Shown one piece after another: positions 18,251 to 27,048 of a stretch of DNA of 64,000 nt. The first letter of the stretch is position 1, and every line of letters starts with the position of its first letter. The position numbers were made by a program, and so were the translations under genes. The stretch spans positions 192,001 to 256,000 of the forward strand of contig WJMJ01000059.1 of NCBI GenBank assembly GCA_014728035.1, given 5' to 3'. This stretch comes from Promethearchaeota archaeon (GTDB lineage: Archaea > Asgardarchaeota > Thorarchaeia > Thorarchaeales > Thorarchaeaceae). The notes under the pieces were generated by a model that searched no databases, was not told the DNA's origin, and saw nothing but the letters and a program-made list of their open reading frames with translations.

Positions 18251-20216
18251 GACAATCCTGAGAGGTGTAGGCAGGATTTACAGTCCAGACCCCACCGTAC
18301 TTGTGACCGAGGGCTTGCCGCATGTAGGTAGTGGTGTCAAGGACCTTGGCCCAGAGATTGGTACTCAACTTCCAAGACAGCGTACCTGCACCCCATCCCT
18401 TGGGAGGCTTGTAGGACTTGAGGTTCTCAAAGTACAGGGTCTTGACCCCGTGCTCCTCACAGAACCACGTTGTACGATAGGCCACCAATCGAGCAATCTC
18501 GCGGTCTATCATCCGAACCTTCCGCCAGTGAGCATCCAACAGGCTTTCCTTCTTTTTCAGATGGCCGGGATGTTCCATATCAGGATGTTTTTGTTCCCAG
18601 TTGTTCCGCATCTTCCGGACCAGCGAGCTCAGCTTTCGAGTCTGGTCTCTGAGAAGTTCCCGTTTGTCTATCAGGTGGTCGAATCCCACCAGCTCGTCAA
18701 CATAACCACTTCCATTCTTTGTTGAAAGGACTATGGCGACACGGATTCCTCGGTCAGCACCAGCTCTCCTGCTGTAGGTGCGGTCACCGAGAATCGAGTC
18801 GATGAGCTCGGGATGGGGGGGTTGGAAAGGGATCTGCAAAGTCAACCTCTTCCTTCGTTTGACCAGTCTGGGAGGACCACATCGACGGGAATCGCGCAAT
18901 CGCTGTATCTTCTCTTGCAATTCAGCTATTGTTTCCTCGTCACGGTCACTCCGGTTCTTGAGTCTTGCTAGTTGGTAGGTTGCATGTTGTAGGTCGATGG
19001 TGTTTCTGAGTTGATGGTGCTGGTCTGCGTACTTTGCAGCTCGAAACCTGAGTTGCATGGCTCGGAGATGTTTTCCCTGTTTTTCAGCCCTCTCTGCTTT
19101 CTCCAAATCACGCTTGACAGCTCGGGGGAACCAGTCAAAGAAGCGAAGGGTCAGGTTTTTGGTCCTATAGGGATTATCTGGATGGGGCTTTCCCTCTACC
19201 GGAGCTGGGAGTTTGATGGAGAAGAATATCTCGTTCTCACGCTCTGTGTCCCACGAGTACCAATATCCCTGGCCTGGCATATTCTCTGTGGAACCAGAAA
19301 AGTCCGTTGCAAAGCTCTTCATCAGTGGAGTCTCGAAGGGATAGCCGTTGGTCAACCAGCCTTCGACCAGACTCTTGGCTCTCAGCATAACCCGACCATT
19401 CTCTTTGAGATACTTCTTTACTCTGTATCTCTGGGAACCTCGTGTCCGTAATGGTTCTCCTCGGTCAGTGAGGATGGTCTCGTCAAGAGTTCTACGAAGC
19501 TGTCGCAGAACAGAAAGGGCATAGTAGTAAACAGACCCCTTCTTCTCCACCGCTTCACACGCTTCCCGAATCTCTTTTATCAATCCAGGGGGCACTCGTT
19601 TTCTAGCTAGTAGCAGCTCTAACTTGTTTGAGTCTTCATGGACAATTTCCAAGGCTGTGGTGAGCAGTTGCCGTCTCATCCAATCTGAGAGGAGGATTCG
19701 TGCTGCTTGTTCTAAGGCATTGCGATACAATCGTTCGAAGGTATCTGCCTTTATCTCAGGATTATGCTGGTAAGAAAGGGTTGGTTCCTTTCGTAACAAG
19801 ACATATCCCTGCCCTCTATATCCTGCCAAGTCTGAACAAATCCGGTTAAACTCATACGAGTCTGCATAGACTCGATTCAGGACTTCATTCACCATCTCAA
19901 TAAATTTCTCAAAATACTTAGACACAATAGAGAGGTCAAGTTTGTTGATCTTCTGCCCAGTAGTTTCATGCAATCGTTGTTGGAACTGTTTTACTGCATC
20001 TCTCCTAAAGGAGGGGTCAGGCCTATACCCTTTCCCCTTCTTCTGGATGACTCGTTCAACAGAATTCAGTCGGAATTCAGATACAAGATATTTCAGTCCC
20101 GTATATTTCGCAGTGGTCGATGACTCCAATATAAGTTTGTCATCCATTGTCTGTTGCCTTGAAGAGTCCTTCTTTGGCTCCCGGAGATGACACCGGGCTT
20201 GTTTTTCAATCATCAA
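18075..20216 (-). CDS. tnpB: large TnpB/Cas12-like RNA-guided nuclease (713 aa)
   Basis: RuvC-I AGADRG, RuvC-II YFENL, VNPAYTSQDCHACG...CPHCG zinc finger, RuvC-III HADVNAARNI. Confidence 0.9.
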   Translation of the reverse strand: MMIEKQARCHLREPKKDSSRQQTMDDKLILESSTTAKYTGLKYLVSEFRLNSVERVIQKKGKGYRPDPSFRRDAVKQFQQRLHETTGQKINKLDLSIVSKYFEKFIEMVNEVLNRVYADSYEFNRICSDLAGYRGQGYVLLRKEPTLSYQHNPEIKADTFERLYRNALEQAARILLSDWMRRQLLTTALEIVHEDSNKLELLLARKRVPPGLIKEIREACEAVEKKGSVYYYALSVLRQLRRTLDETILTDRGEPLRTRGSQRYRVKKYLKENGRVMLRAKSLVEGWLTNGYPFETPLMKSFATDFSGSTENMPGQGYWYSWDTERENEIFFSIKLPAPVEGKPHPDNPYRTKNLTLRFFDWFPRAVKRDLEKAERAEKQGKHLRAMQLRFRAAKYADQHHQLRNTIDLQHATYQLARLKNRSDRDEETIAELQEKIQRLRDSRRCGPPRLVKRRKRLTLQIPFQPPHPELIDSILGDRTYSRRAGADRGIRVAIVLSTKNGSGYVDELVGFDHLIDKRELLRDQTRKLSSLVRKMRNNWEQKHPDMEHPGHLKKKESLLDAHWRKVRMIDREIARLVAYRTTWFCEEHGVKTLYFENLKSYKPPKGWGAGTLSWKLSTNLWAKVLDTTTYMRQALGHKYGGVWTVNPAYTSQDCHACGERGMRVEKQGARTKRPGGEYFYCPHCGSELHADVNAARNIIDVYQSSTVAGRTA

Positions 20217-20577
20217 CCTTGCACCTCTCTATCATTATATCCAATCCATATATTCTCCTAGAAGTGCAATAGAACCCAGACCAACTTCCTTGATTCTTTG
20301 GAAACTTTCGACTGTGCTGGCAGAGTTCCTCCACCTTCCGAGCCAGGTCTCCCGCCGCCTTCTGTCGGTGACTAGACACTCTTGCGTAGACTGCGGGATG
20401 AGCTGGAAGTAACTTCTCTTGGGCGGTTCCATGTTTGATCCGAGCTATCTCTCTGAGGGGGATACGACGATGATTACCAAGAGTTCGATAACATTCTATC
20501 AAGCCCTGTTTATCCCACCTTCTGATGGTCTTGGTGCACACTCCCAATCGAGCTGCTGCAATCGATACCGAAAACAT
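20206..20577 (-). pseudogene. tnpA: IS607 TnpA (MerR-type HTH plus serine recombinase), frameshifted and truncated
   Basis: AAARLGVCTKTIRRWD...GNHRRI, YARVSS...QKAAGDLAR. The IKEVG-like continuation lies in another frame, and the C-terminal half is missing. Confidence 0.82.
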
Positions 20578-20605
20578 GGGGACGTATTGACCTATTACTT
20601 AATCA

Positions 20606-20623
20606 ATGTCCAACTTTGTCCAA
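20606..20623 (-). repeat. left-end subterminal motif TTGGACAAAGTTGGACAT
   Basis: Inverted counterpart of 18058-18075. Confidence 0.8.
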
Positions 20624-20640
20624 AGTTCTGGTATCAGCCC

Positions 20641-20715
20641 GCAACCCCTGTTGCTCTTCCAAGAGGGCCTATGCTTGATATGTTTGTTCAGGCTATACTT
20701 GATGGTTCATTCTAA
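20641..20715 (+). pseudogene. 3' remnant (ATPVALPRGPMLDMFVQAILDGSF*) of the gene interrupted by the IS
   Basis: In frame with 17803-18045 across the shared CCG junction. Confidence 0.68.
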
Positions 20716-21153
20716 GCCTGTGCTTCCAAACCCACCTTCTCCACGCTCAGATTTTCCAAGATCTTCCACTTGCTCGAAAATCACATCTGGTACTCTTCTG
20801 ATAGCAAGTTGTGCTATCCGCATTCCTTCCTCTATCATGAAGCTTTCCGTTCCATGATTTATCATGATGGATTTTATTTCTCCTCTATATCCACTATCTA
20901 TTGTTCCTGGACTATTGAGCACAGTTACACCATGTTTGATTGCAAGTCCACTTCTTGGTCTAACAACCCCTTCGTACCCAAATGGAATCTCTAGTGCAAT
21001 ACCCGTTGCTATTGCGTATCGTTCACCTGGTTTCAATTCATATTTCTCTGTTGAGAAAAGGTCGAATGCAACATCTCCTTTTCTGGCAGCCTTTGGTATT
21101 TTCCCTTGTGGCGATAGAAGCTTGACTCTAATCCTAATCTTTCCATCCAGCAC
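20707..21153 (-). CDS. dut: dUTP diphosphatase
   Basis: AFDL, RPRSGLA, GTIDSGYRGEI, RIAQL, RGEGGFGSTG. Confidence 0.96.
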   Translation of the reverse strand: MLDGKIRIRVKLLSPQGKIPKAARKGDVAFDLFSTEKYELKPGERYAIATGIALEIPFGYEGVVRPRSGLAIKHGVTVLNSPGTIDSGYRGEIKSIMINHGTESFMIEEGMRIAQLAIRRVPDVIFEQVEDLGKSERGEGGFGSTGLE

Positions 21154-21241
21154 CTGTTTCTCTCCCAGTATTGATTTCTAGTTGTCTTCCAGAACCCCAT
21201 TTATCATTTTGCACACCTAACAACACTTATATGTAAATAAA

Positions 21242-21297
21242 ATATAGTACTATATAACACACAGTGTATAATTACACACAGCGTTGTGTTATACACT
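21242..21297. promoter_or_regulatory. putative PadR operator region
   Basis: Palindrome ATATAGTACTATAT and inverted repeat AGTGTATAA...TTATACACT just upstream of the padR-like gene. Confidence 0.5.
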
Positions 21298-21314
21298 ATT
21301 TGGGTGTGGTACTA

Positions 21315-21674
21315 ATGACAAGTAAAGCAGACAAGGAATACGACCGATGGTCCAAAGAGGTAAAACGTGGTGCAGTTACACTCGCCATTCTCGCATTATT
21401 AGAGCGTGAAACCGCTTATGGCTATGAAGTAGTTAAACGGCTGGAGGATATGACAACTTTTCTAGCTCTCGAACAGGGAACTGTGTATCCTCTTCTTCGT
21501 CGACTTGAGAAACGTGACCTATTGGTTTCCGAATGGAATTATGAAGACAAGACGAAACCAAAGAAGTATTACCGAATTACTGCCGAGGGTAAGACATCTC
21601 TTAACATGATGAAAAAGACATGGGCTGACCTCTCGCAGGAAATGAATACAATTTTGTTTGGAGTTGAAAAATAA
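21315..21674 (+). CDS. PadR-family transcriptional regulator
   Basis: ILALL...YGYEV...GTVYPLLRRLEKRDLL...KKYYRITAEG. Confidence 0.93.
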   Translation: MTSKADKEYDRWSKEVKRGAVTLAILALLERETAYGYEVVKRLEDMTTFLALEQGTVYPLLRRLEKRDLLVSEWNYEDKTKPKKYYRITAEGKTSLNMMKKTWADLSQEMNTILFGVEK

Positions 21675-22771
21675 TGACTAAAGACCCAATGAAGATGATT
21701 GATGAATATCTGGAACGTGTGAAAATCTACCTCCCGCTCAATAGTGAAGAGTCACTCATTGAGATACGAACCCATTTGATAGAGGAGGCAGAACGGATTG
21801 GAGATGGGAAGATATCCCCTGGCTCAGTTATGATGGCTATTGAACGGTTTGGTGATCCGAAAACAGCTGCGACTGAATATGCTGGCACCAAGAAGAAGGT
21901 CCGATTTATTCCTGCTGAATATGTTCATCCCTTATTTCGAATTTTTGTTACTTTTATTGCAGTAGGAATTGCGTTTGTGGCGGGAGCTTTCATTACAGGA
22001 CTATATATCCCTGGCTTGGTTTTTTCCGAAATTATGATTTTCTTGATTCCGTTGATGATAATTGTCAATCTTATTTTTGCAATTGTAATAATTGCTGGAA
22101 TATCTAAGATTGATCAAGATAGACTGGCAACTGAAAAAACCATTGTCGAATCTGTTCTTGGAATTGGTTCTGAGGCGTTCAAACCAAAGAGCAAGCTAGA
22201 TTCAATAGGAGAGGTTATCATGAGCGTGATATTTTCGATTATTCTGTTACATCCTGCAATGATTGCTATTTACTCTCCTGTACTTATACCATTCATTATT
22301 CCCCTTGCTACCATGGCATTAGCTGGTGCTTTCAAAGGATTCCTTTTTGTTGTGGGTGGTGAAAATAATCTAACTCTTATCTTTGAGCTAATTTTGAGTG
22401 GAATATGGATCATATTTGCAATGATTATTGTAAATATTGGCTGGCCTTTCACAGGGGTCTATGTATTTTCAGACGGAGTTTGGCACCTCGTAGATTTGGC
22501 AACAATATTTTCAGAGAATGCAATTCCCTTCTGGCCATTTGATGGCATCTGGGCTTTCATTATCTTTGTGTCCGTAGTTGTTGCCACATGGCATGTTATT
22601 GTTTCAGCAACGAAGATATCCATGTATCTACAGGAAGGAAAAGGTATATGGTGGAAAGGCAAGTGGGGTGAACGAGACCCGATTTCCGCTACTAGTAAAC
22701 ACATCACTGAGGGAACACCTCTCGATTCTCTTAGATCCGATAGTGCTGATTGTGAAGACGAATCGAATTAG
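21674..22771 (+). CDS. multi-pass membrane protein with N-terminal HAAS-like domain
   Basis: IDEYLERV...EIRTHLIE...AIERFGDPKTAATEY, then about 6 TM; translationally coupled to padR. Confidence 0.78.
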   Translation: MTKDPMKMIDEYLERVKIYLPLNSEESLIEIRTHLIEEAERIGDGKISPGSVMMAIERFGDPKTAATEYAGTKKKVRFIPAEYVHPLFRIFVTFIAVGIAFVAGAFITGLYIPGLVFSEIMIFLIPLMIIVNLIFAIVIIAGISKIDQDRLATEKTIVESVLGIGSEAFKPKSKLDSIGEVIMSVIFSIILLHPAMIAIYSPVLIPFIIPLATMALAGAFKGFLFVVGGENNLTLIFELILSGIWIIFAMIIVNIGWPFTGVYVFSDGVWHLVDLATIFSENAIPFWPFDGIWAFIIFVSVVVATWHVIVSATKISMYLQEGKGIWWKGKWGERDPISATSKHITEGTPLDSLRSDSADCEDESN

Positions 22772-22847
22772 ACTGGTTGACATAACAGTTGGGAGGTTTT
22801 TTCCTCCCCTCCACTTTTTAGAATATTGAATAGTAATGAGATAACGA

Positions 22848-22954
22848 TGGTGCCGAGGGCCGGAGATTCAGACCCAGTGGAAGTCACCAAGTCATTTGAA
22901 CCAGCGACAACACGGTCTTCAGCCGTGCGATCTCCCTGGCTGATCTACCTCGGC
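22848..22954 (-). tRNA. tRNA-Phe(GAA) with a 30-nt BHB intron at 59/60 (22865-22894)
   Basis: GCCGAGG/CCTCGGC acceptor, CACGG-CTGAAGA-CCGTG; BHB GG-TTCA-AAT...TGAA-TCT-CC. Confidence 0.93.
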
Positions 22955-23040
22955 AAGAAATAATCCCCATGACCAGGGCTCACGGGGAATTTCTGTAATT
23001 TGATGTGGTCAAGTTTTCTGATATAAATATAGCGGACTAT

Positions 23041-23535
23041 CTATTTGGAAAGTTCCTCTACTGCTTTTTTGACCTTATCAAATGGTGGTAGTTTTCCTGG
23101 ATTATCACTAACCCATGCATATTTTATTACTTCGTCCTGTCCAATAACAAAGACCGAGCGTTTTGCTACTTCCTTCATTCCAGCTAAGTCTGGAAGTACG
23201 ATGTCATAATCGTGAATTGTTTTCTTTTCCCAATCTGATAGAAGTGGAAATTGTAGATTATTCTTCTTCTTGAACTCGGCATGACTGAAGATTCCATCAA
23301 CAGAGATTCCAAATACATTTGCTCCAAGTTTGTTATATGTTGCAATGGCATCTCTAAAAGTGCACAATTCTTCTTGGCATGTTGAAGAGAAATCCGCAGG
23401 ATAGAATACTAATACGACTGGTCCTTTTTCCAGCTCTTTACTAAGAGTAATTGATTTTCCAGGTGCTTCAAGCAACGTGAAGTCGGGTGCTTTACTTCCT
23501 GTTTGTAGTCCTCCAGACATAGTGATATACCTCAC
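23041..23535 (-). CDS. peroxiredoxin (AhpC/TSA, AhpE/BCP-like)
   Basis: GSKAPDFTL, FYPADFSSTCQEELC, GISVD, FPLLSD, KRSVFVI. Confidence 0.92.
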   Translation of the reverse strand: MRYITMSGGLQTGSKAPDFTLLEAPGKSITLSKELEKGPVVLVFYPADFSSTCQEELCTFRDAIATYNKLGANVFGISVDGIFSHAEFKKKNNLQFPLLSDWEKKTIHDYDIVLPDLAGMKEVAKRSVFVIGQDEVIKYAWVSDNPGKLPPFDKVKKAVEELSK

Positions 23536-23598
23536 TATAGTTAAGAGATTAACCCTCTTAAGATTTCAGGTGAGTAACACGAATTGATCTTACCATGT

Positions 23599-24129
23599 TC
23601 ATTTGATCTTAACGTTCATATAGCTTGCAATAACTGCACAAGCGATTGCAGATATGTTGACAGCCAGTGGGTACTGGAATATGGGGTCAAGAAATGAGAG
23701 GGTTGCTAGCCATGAAGGCAAATTGGATGCAGCTGAGATACCAAATGGTACGAAATAGAACATAAGAAACACACTGGTAAGAAGAGCCACTCCAACAAAT
23801 GCTGGCATGTCCGAAAATGATCTGGCAAATTCAGAAAGCTTGGTAAGCCAATCGGCTTGGGATCTTTGACGCCTTCTAACTTTTCGTTTTGACACAATAT
23901 GAGCCCATCGGTACATAGCCTCTGCCATGAGCACATAGGAACCAGCTAAGACTACCATTGCTCCCAAAGCCACAATAAGTTGTAGCTCTGCACTGAGCAC
24001 TTGGATATATGCCTGTGCGTGCCAAAGAATGGGTATCTGCACGAATCCTGCAATACCAAGAAACATTATCATTAGACCGGGCTTGCTGCCACGTTTCCAC
24101 CAAACTGCTAGGCTCATTTTTGTTAACAA
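23599..24129 (-). CDS. hypothetical membrane protein (4 TM)
   Basis: Four hydrophobic segments around a basic cytoplasmic loop. Confidence 0.68.
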   Translation of the reverse strand: MLTKMSLAVWWKRGSKPGLMIMFLGIAGFVQIPILWHAQAYIQVLSAELQLIVALGAMVVLAGSYVLMAEAMYRWAHIVSKRKVRRRQRSQADWLTKLSEFARSFSDMPAFVGVALLTSVFLMFYFVPFGISAASNLPSWLATLSFLDPIFQYPLAVNISAIACAVIASYMNVKIK

Positions 24130-24244
24130 CCTGTTCGTGTGTTATCGAGGTCAGAAAAAGGTTCCCACTTTAAGCTTTTGGAACGATTGAATCAGTACTA
24201 TCTTTGACAAAATTATGTTCTAATGAATAACATACATGTCAGTT

Positions 24245-24805
24245 CTATTTTGTGGCAATAATTGAAAAATAGTGATACCTATCGTCTAATTTGATGATAT
24301 CAAACCCCGTTCTTGTGATCATTGAACTGATACTATCTATGGTCTGATTCTGTCTACCTCTTACTAGATATCTCATTATTGAGATGGTGTGGTCAGGAAA
24401 CTTGTATTTCACCCGGAAATGAAATTTTGGTTCTTGACAGTCTATTTTTGCAGAGAGTACAGAGACTCTTCCGCTATCTTTGAGCACTCTATGAATCTCC
24501 TCAAATACACGCACCTTAGCGTCTGTATTTGCAATATATCCTAACGAAAACCAAAGACAAGCTTTTGTAAACTGTGCATTTTGTATGCCTAGTTGTATTG
24601 CATTTCCGAGTATCCAATCTGCTCCTGATTGGTATATCTGAGCCTCTCTAATCTTACTTATACTGATATCTACTGCACAGACTTTAGCTTGAGTTATTCT
24701 GGAAACTAAAGCTTCACTACCTGCACCAATATCAATAACAATCTCGTCATTGTGTATTTCAGGTAATGTGATTTCTTGTGTTGGGACCTCATGGGTGGAT
24801 TTCAT
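24245..24805 (-). CDS. class I SAM-dependent methyltransferase
   Basis: VIDIGAG, AVDIS, EIHRVLKDSG. Confidence 0.82.
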   Translation of the reverse strand: MKSTHEVPTQEITLPEIHNDEIVIDIGAGSEALVSRITQAKVCAVDISISKIREAQIYQSGADWILGNAIQLGIQNAQFTKACLWFSLGYIANTDAKVRVFEEIHRVLKDSGRVSVLSAKIDCQEPKFHFRVKYKFPDHTISIMRYLVRGRQNQTIDSISSMITRTGFDIIKLDDRYHYFSIIATK

Positions 24806-24934
24806 AGTTTCAAAATCACTTTGCTTGATAGAAGAAATCTGTTGAAAAATTTAACGTGATAGCTGTCATGGAAAAGGATAATTTTGAGTGTTTATCGTCG
24901 TTTGTGATGTAGGTCCTGTTGTGAAGGTGAATTC

Positions 24935-25495
24935 ATGGAAAAAGCTTGGATTTTCAGAAAGGCATCATTGGACGATGCATCTTTCATCGCAAAGATTAAT
25001 GCAATGCACGTAGGAAATAAAGGTCCTGGTGGGTTTCTCATTATTGCTTTGGATGAATCGGAGATTCGTCATCTTATTGAAAGCGCCGATATTGATTTTT
25101 ATGCTGCAAAAAGATCAAACGGTGAATTGCTTGGATATGCAGAAATCACTTCACAATTCGACAGGACACTTCTGAATAACATGACTTGGGTAAATGGTAT
25201 ATTTGAACAATCGATAAAGCAAATACTTTCTGGTGACTTTATCTATATCAAACAACTGGCAATTCATCCTTCTTATCAACGTCAAGGTGTAGCTACATTT
25301 CTATACAAGAATCTGGAAGCCGCGATCAAGAAGGACATTATTGTCTTTGCAGCACATCGTCCATTTCATAATGAACCCTCTATTGCCTTTCACAAGAAGA
25401 TGGGCTTCACTATGGTTGCAAAATTACATAGGTCCGATTTTGGTGGACACTCGGAATATGAGAGTTTCTTTTTCATGAAGAAGCTGTCTAATTAG
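24935..25495 (+). CDS. GNAT-family acetyltransferase
   Basis: IKQLAIHPSYQRQGVATFLY, NEPSIAFHKKMGF. Confidence 0.88.
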   Translation: MEKAWIFRKASLDDASFIAKINAMHVGNKGPGGFLIIALDESEIRHLIESADIDFYAAKRSNGELLGYAEITSQFDRTLLNNMTWVNGIFEQSIKQILSGDFIYIKQLAIHPSYQRQGVATFLYKNLEAAIKKDIIVFAAHRPFHNEPSIAFHKKMGFTMVAKLHRSDFGGHSEYESFFFMKKLSN

Positions 25496-26921
25496 ACCTG
25501 AGTTTACTAGAGATAGCTGTAGATGCTCGAATGACACCGAATACTATAATTGCTATCATTAGTGATGCAATAAACAAAATGGATCCCCAATCTAGATGCG
25601 TGGAGGTTGGATCGTAGAAAAACAACGCAATAACTTCAGCTGCGAGACTTATGATGAATACGATTTGGAGGTTCTTCAACAATGTATTTTCTTTCTCATG
25701 TTGCAGTGTTTCAAGCATCTCACGCTCCCGCGCGACCGTTTCTTTCATTTGTACAAGGAATGAATTCATAGCTTCTCGATACTCGTTTCCGTGCAATCTC
25801 TCAATCATAATCCTGAATAAAGTTAATTTGAGAATTGATGTAAACATAAGGCGTGGCACTCTTGTTATCATAAGGTCATCACCAATCTCAAGAGATATTC
25901 TATTCAATTCGATTTCTAATGCTCTAACTTTATCTGCAATCTCATTGAGGTCTGGCTCTTCTTGAGCTCTCATCTCCTCGACTTTCTTTTGTAGTTCCTT
26001 CATTTTATCAACGATTGATGTTACATGAACTAATGCTAAAAATCGTTGAACATTTCCCATTTCGGTTGCAAATATAACATCAACAAGTTTGTTTTTCATA
26101 GAATCGGTATCGGTTAACTCCTTATTTGGCACAATCACATTTCCAGCATTTGTTATATACACTGCTGAATTTTCATATGGACTGAGATTTTGAATTTCTC
26201 TCTCAAAGAACTCTGTTCGCATTGCATACCAATCATCTGCACGCTGCGTAAGGCCCAGGGCGTGTTTGAAGTATTTCCCACCAACTTCGAAATCTTTCTG
26301 CCATTGATCATCTTGATAGCTTTTTTCGTCTGTAACCTCAGTTCCCTTGATTATCCATGTATGATGCCAAGGACACACATCTGTTTCAATTTTTATTGCA
26401 TCTTTTTTGCTTGTATCCAGGTTTGTCTTGCAGTATATCTCAACAATCTGTTTAATTTCATTCAACTTAGTTTCAAAATAATCCCAAAGTGTCATATTTT
26501 GGTTAAGTAGTAAAATTTCAGTTGGAACAGAGTTTACAACATATTCCTGAATAGTATACATTGATGCAAAATCAAATTTACAATCAAATAAAACACAACC
26601 ACCGTAATGAAGATGTGTTTCAACAATTATAGAACCTCTTATTCCCTTGTGCGTTTCAAATTGGTCTTCGACTAGTCTAAATGTGAGTGGCAGATATCTG
26701 TCTGAAGACTTTGCAAGCCATCCCAGTTCATGCGACTGTCCTTCTTCATCAAAATATCTGTATTTTTTTGTATTTTTAGAAGGCACTTCTAGAAGTCCAT
26801 TTTTTTGAAATAGATCAAGTAGTTCTGGACTGTGAAAGTCATCAACATCATAACCAATGTGAAATAATTGCCAAAAAACCAATCTTGTTTTAATCTTTAG
26901 AGATTTTTCAGGTACTGACAT
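25488..26921 (-). CDS. hypothetical protein with long helices and two C-terminal TM segments (CorA-like topology)
   Basis: Alpha/beta N-terminus, coiled coil, long stalk helix ending ENTLLKNLQ, then 2 TM; no GMN motif. Confidence 0.7.
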   Translation of the reverse strand: MSVPEKSLKIKTRLVFWQLFHIGYDVDDFHSPELLDLFQKNGLLEVPSKNTKKYRYFDEEGQSHELGWLAKSSDRYLPLTFRLVEDQFETHKGIRGSIIVETHLHYGGCVLFDCKFDFASMYTIQEYVVNSVPTEILLLNQNMTLWDYFETKLNEIKQIVEIYCKTNLDTSKKDAIKIETDVCPWHHTWIIKGTEVTDEKSYQDDQWQKDFEVGGKYFKHALGLTQRADDWYAMRTEFFEREIQNLSPYENSAVYITNAGNVIVPNKELTDTDSMKNKLVDVIFATEMGNVQRFLALVHVTSIVDKMKELQKKVEEMRAQEEPDLNEIADKVRALEIELNRISLEIGDDLMITRVPRLMFTSILKLTLFRIMIERLHGNEYREAMNSFLVQMKETVAREREMLETLQHEKENTLLKNLQIVFIISLAAEVIALFFYDPTSTHLDWGSILFIASLMIAIIVFGVIRASTAISSKLRSN

Positions 26922-27048
26922 TTCCCAAGCTCCAGATAGTCAATCTTTTGAAAAATTGAGATATAACTATTCCACTTCTAATTTCCTATAATCTAAAAAA
27001 CTGAAGTGATATTGCAGGCAAAGATAGTAAATGCAAGCAGTTGATATT

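Larger units (their letters stand above)
18046..20640 (-). mobile_element. IS607-family insertion sequence (~2.6 kb): truncated tnpA plus very large tnpB
   Basis: GG core at both junctions in element orientation; mutually inverted subterminal TTGGACA doublets; visibly higher GC than the host; excision restores the host ORF. Confidence 0.88.

Noticed and set aside
18165-19451. Plus-strand ORFs of 146-186 aa within the IS
   Set aside because: Shadows of the GC-richer tnpB with no recognisable motifs.
17450-21260. CRISPR array or cas genes near the Cas12-like nuclease
   Set aside because: No repeat-spacer array or cas1/cas2 seen; the only repeats are the IS end motifs.
23041-23535. Peroxiredoxin as a selenoprotein
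   Set aside because: The active-site residues are ordinary Cys codons and there is no in-frame TGA.
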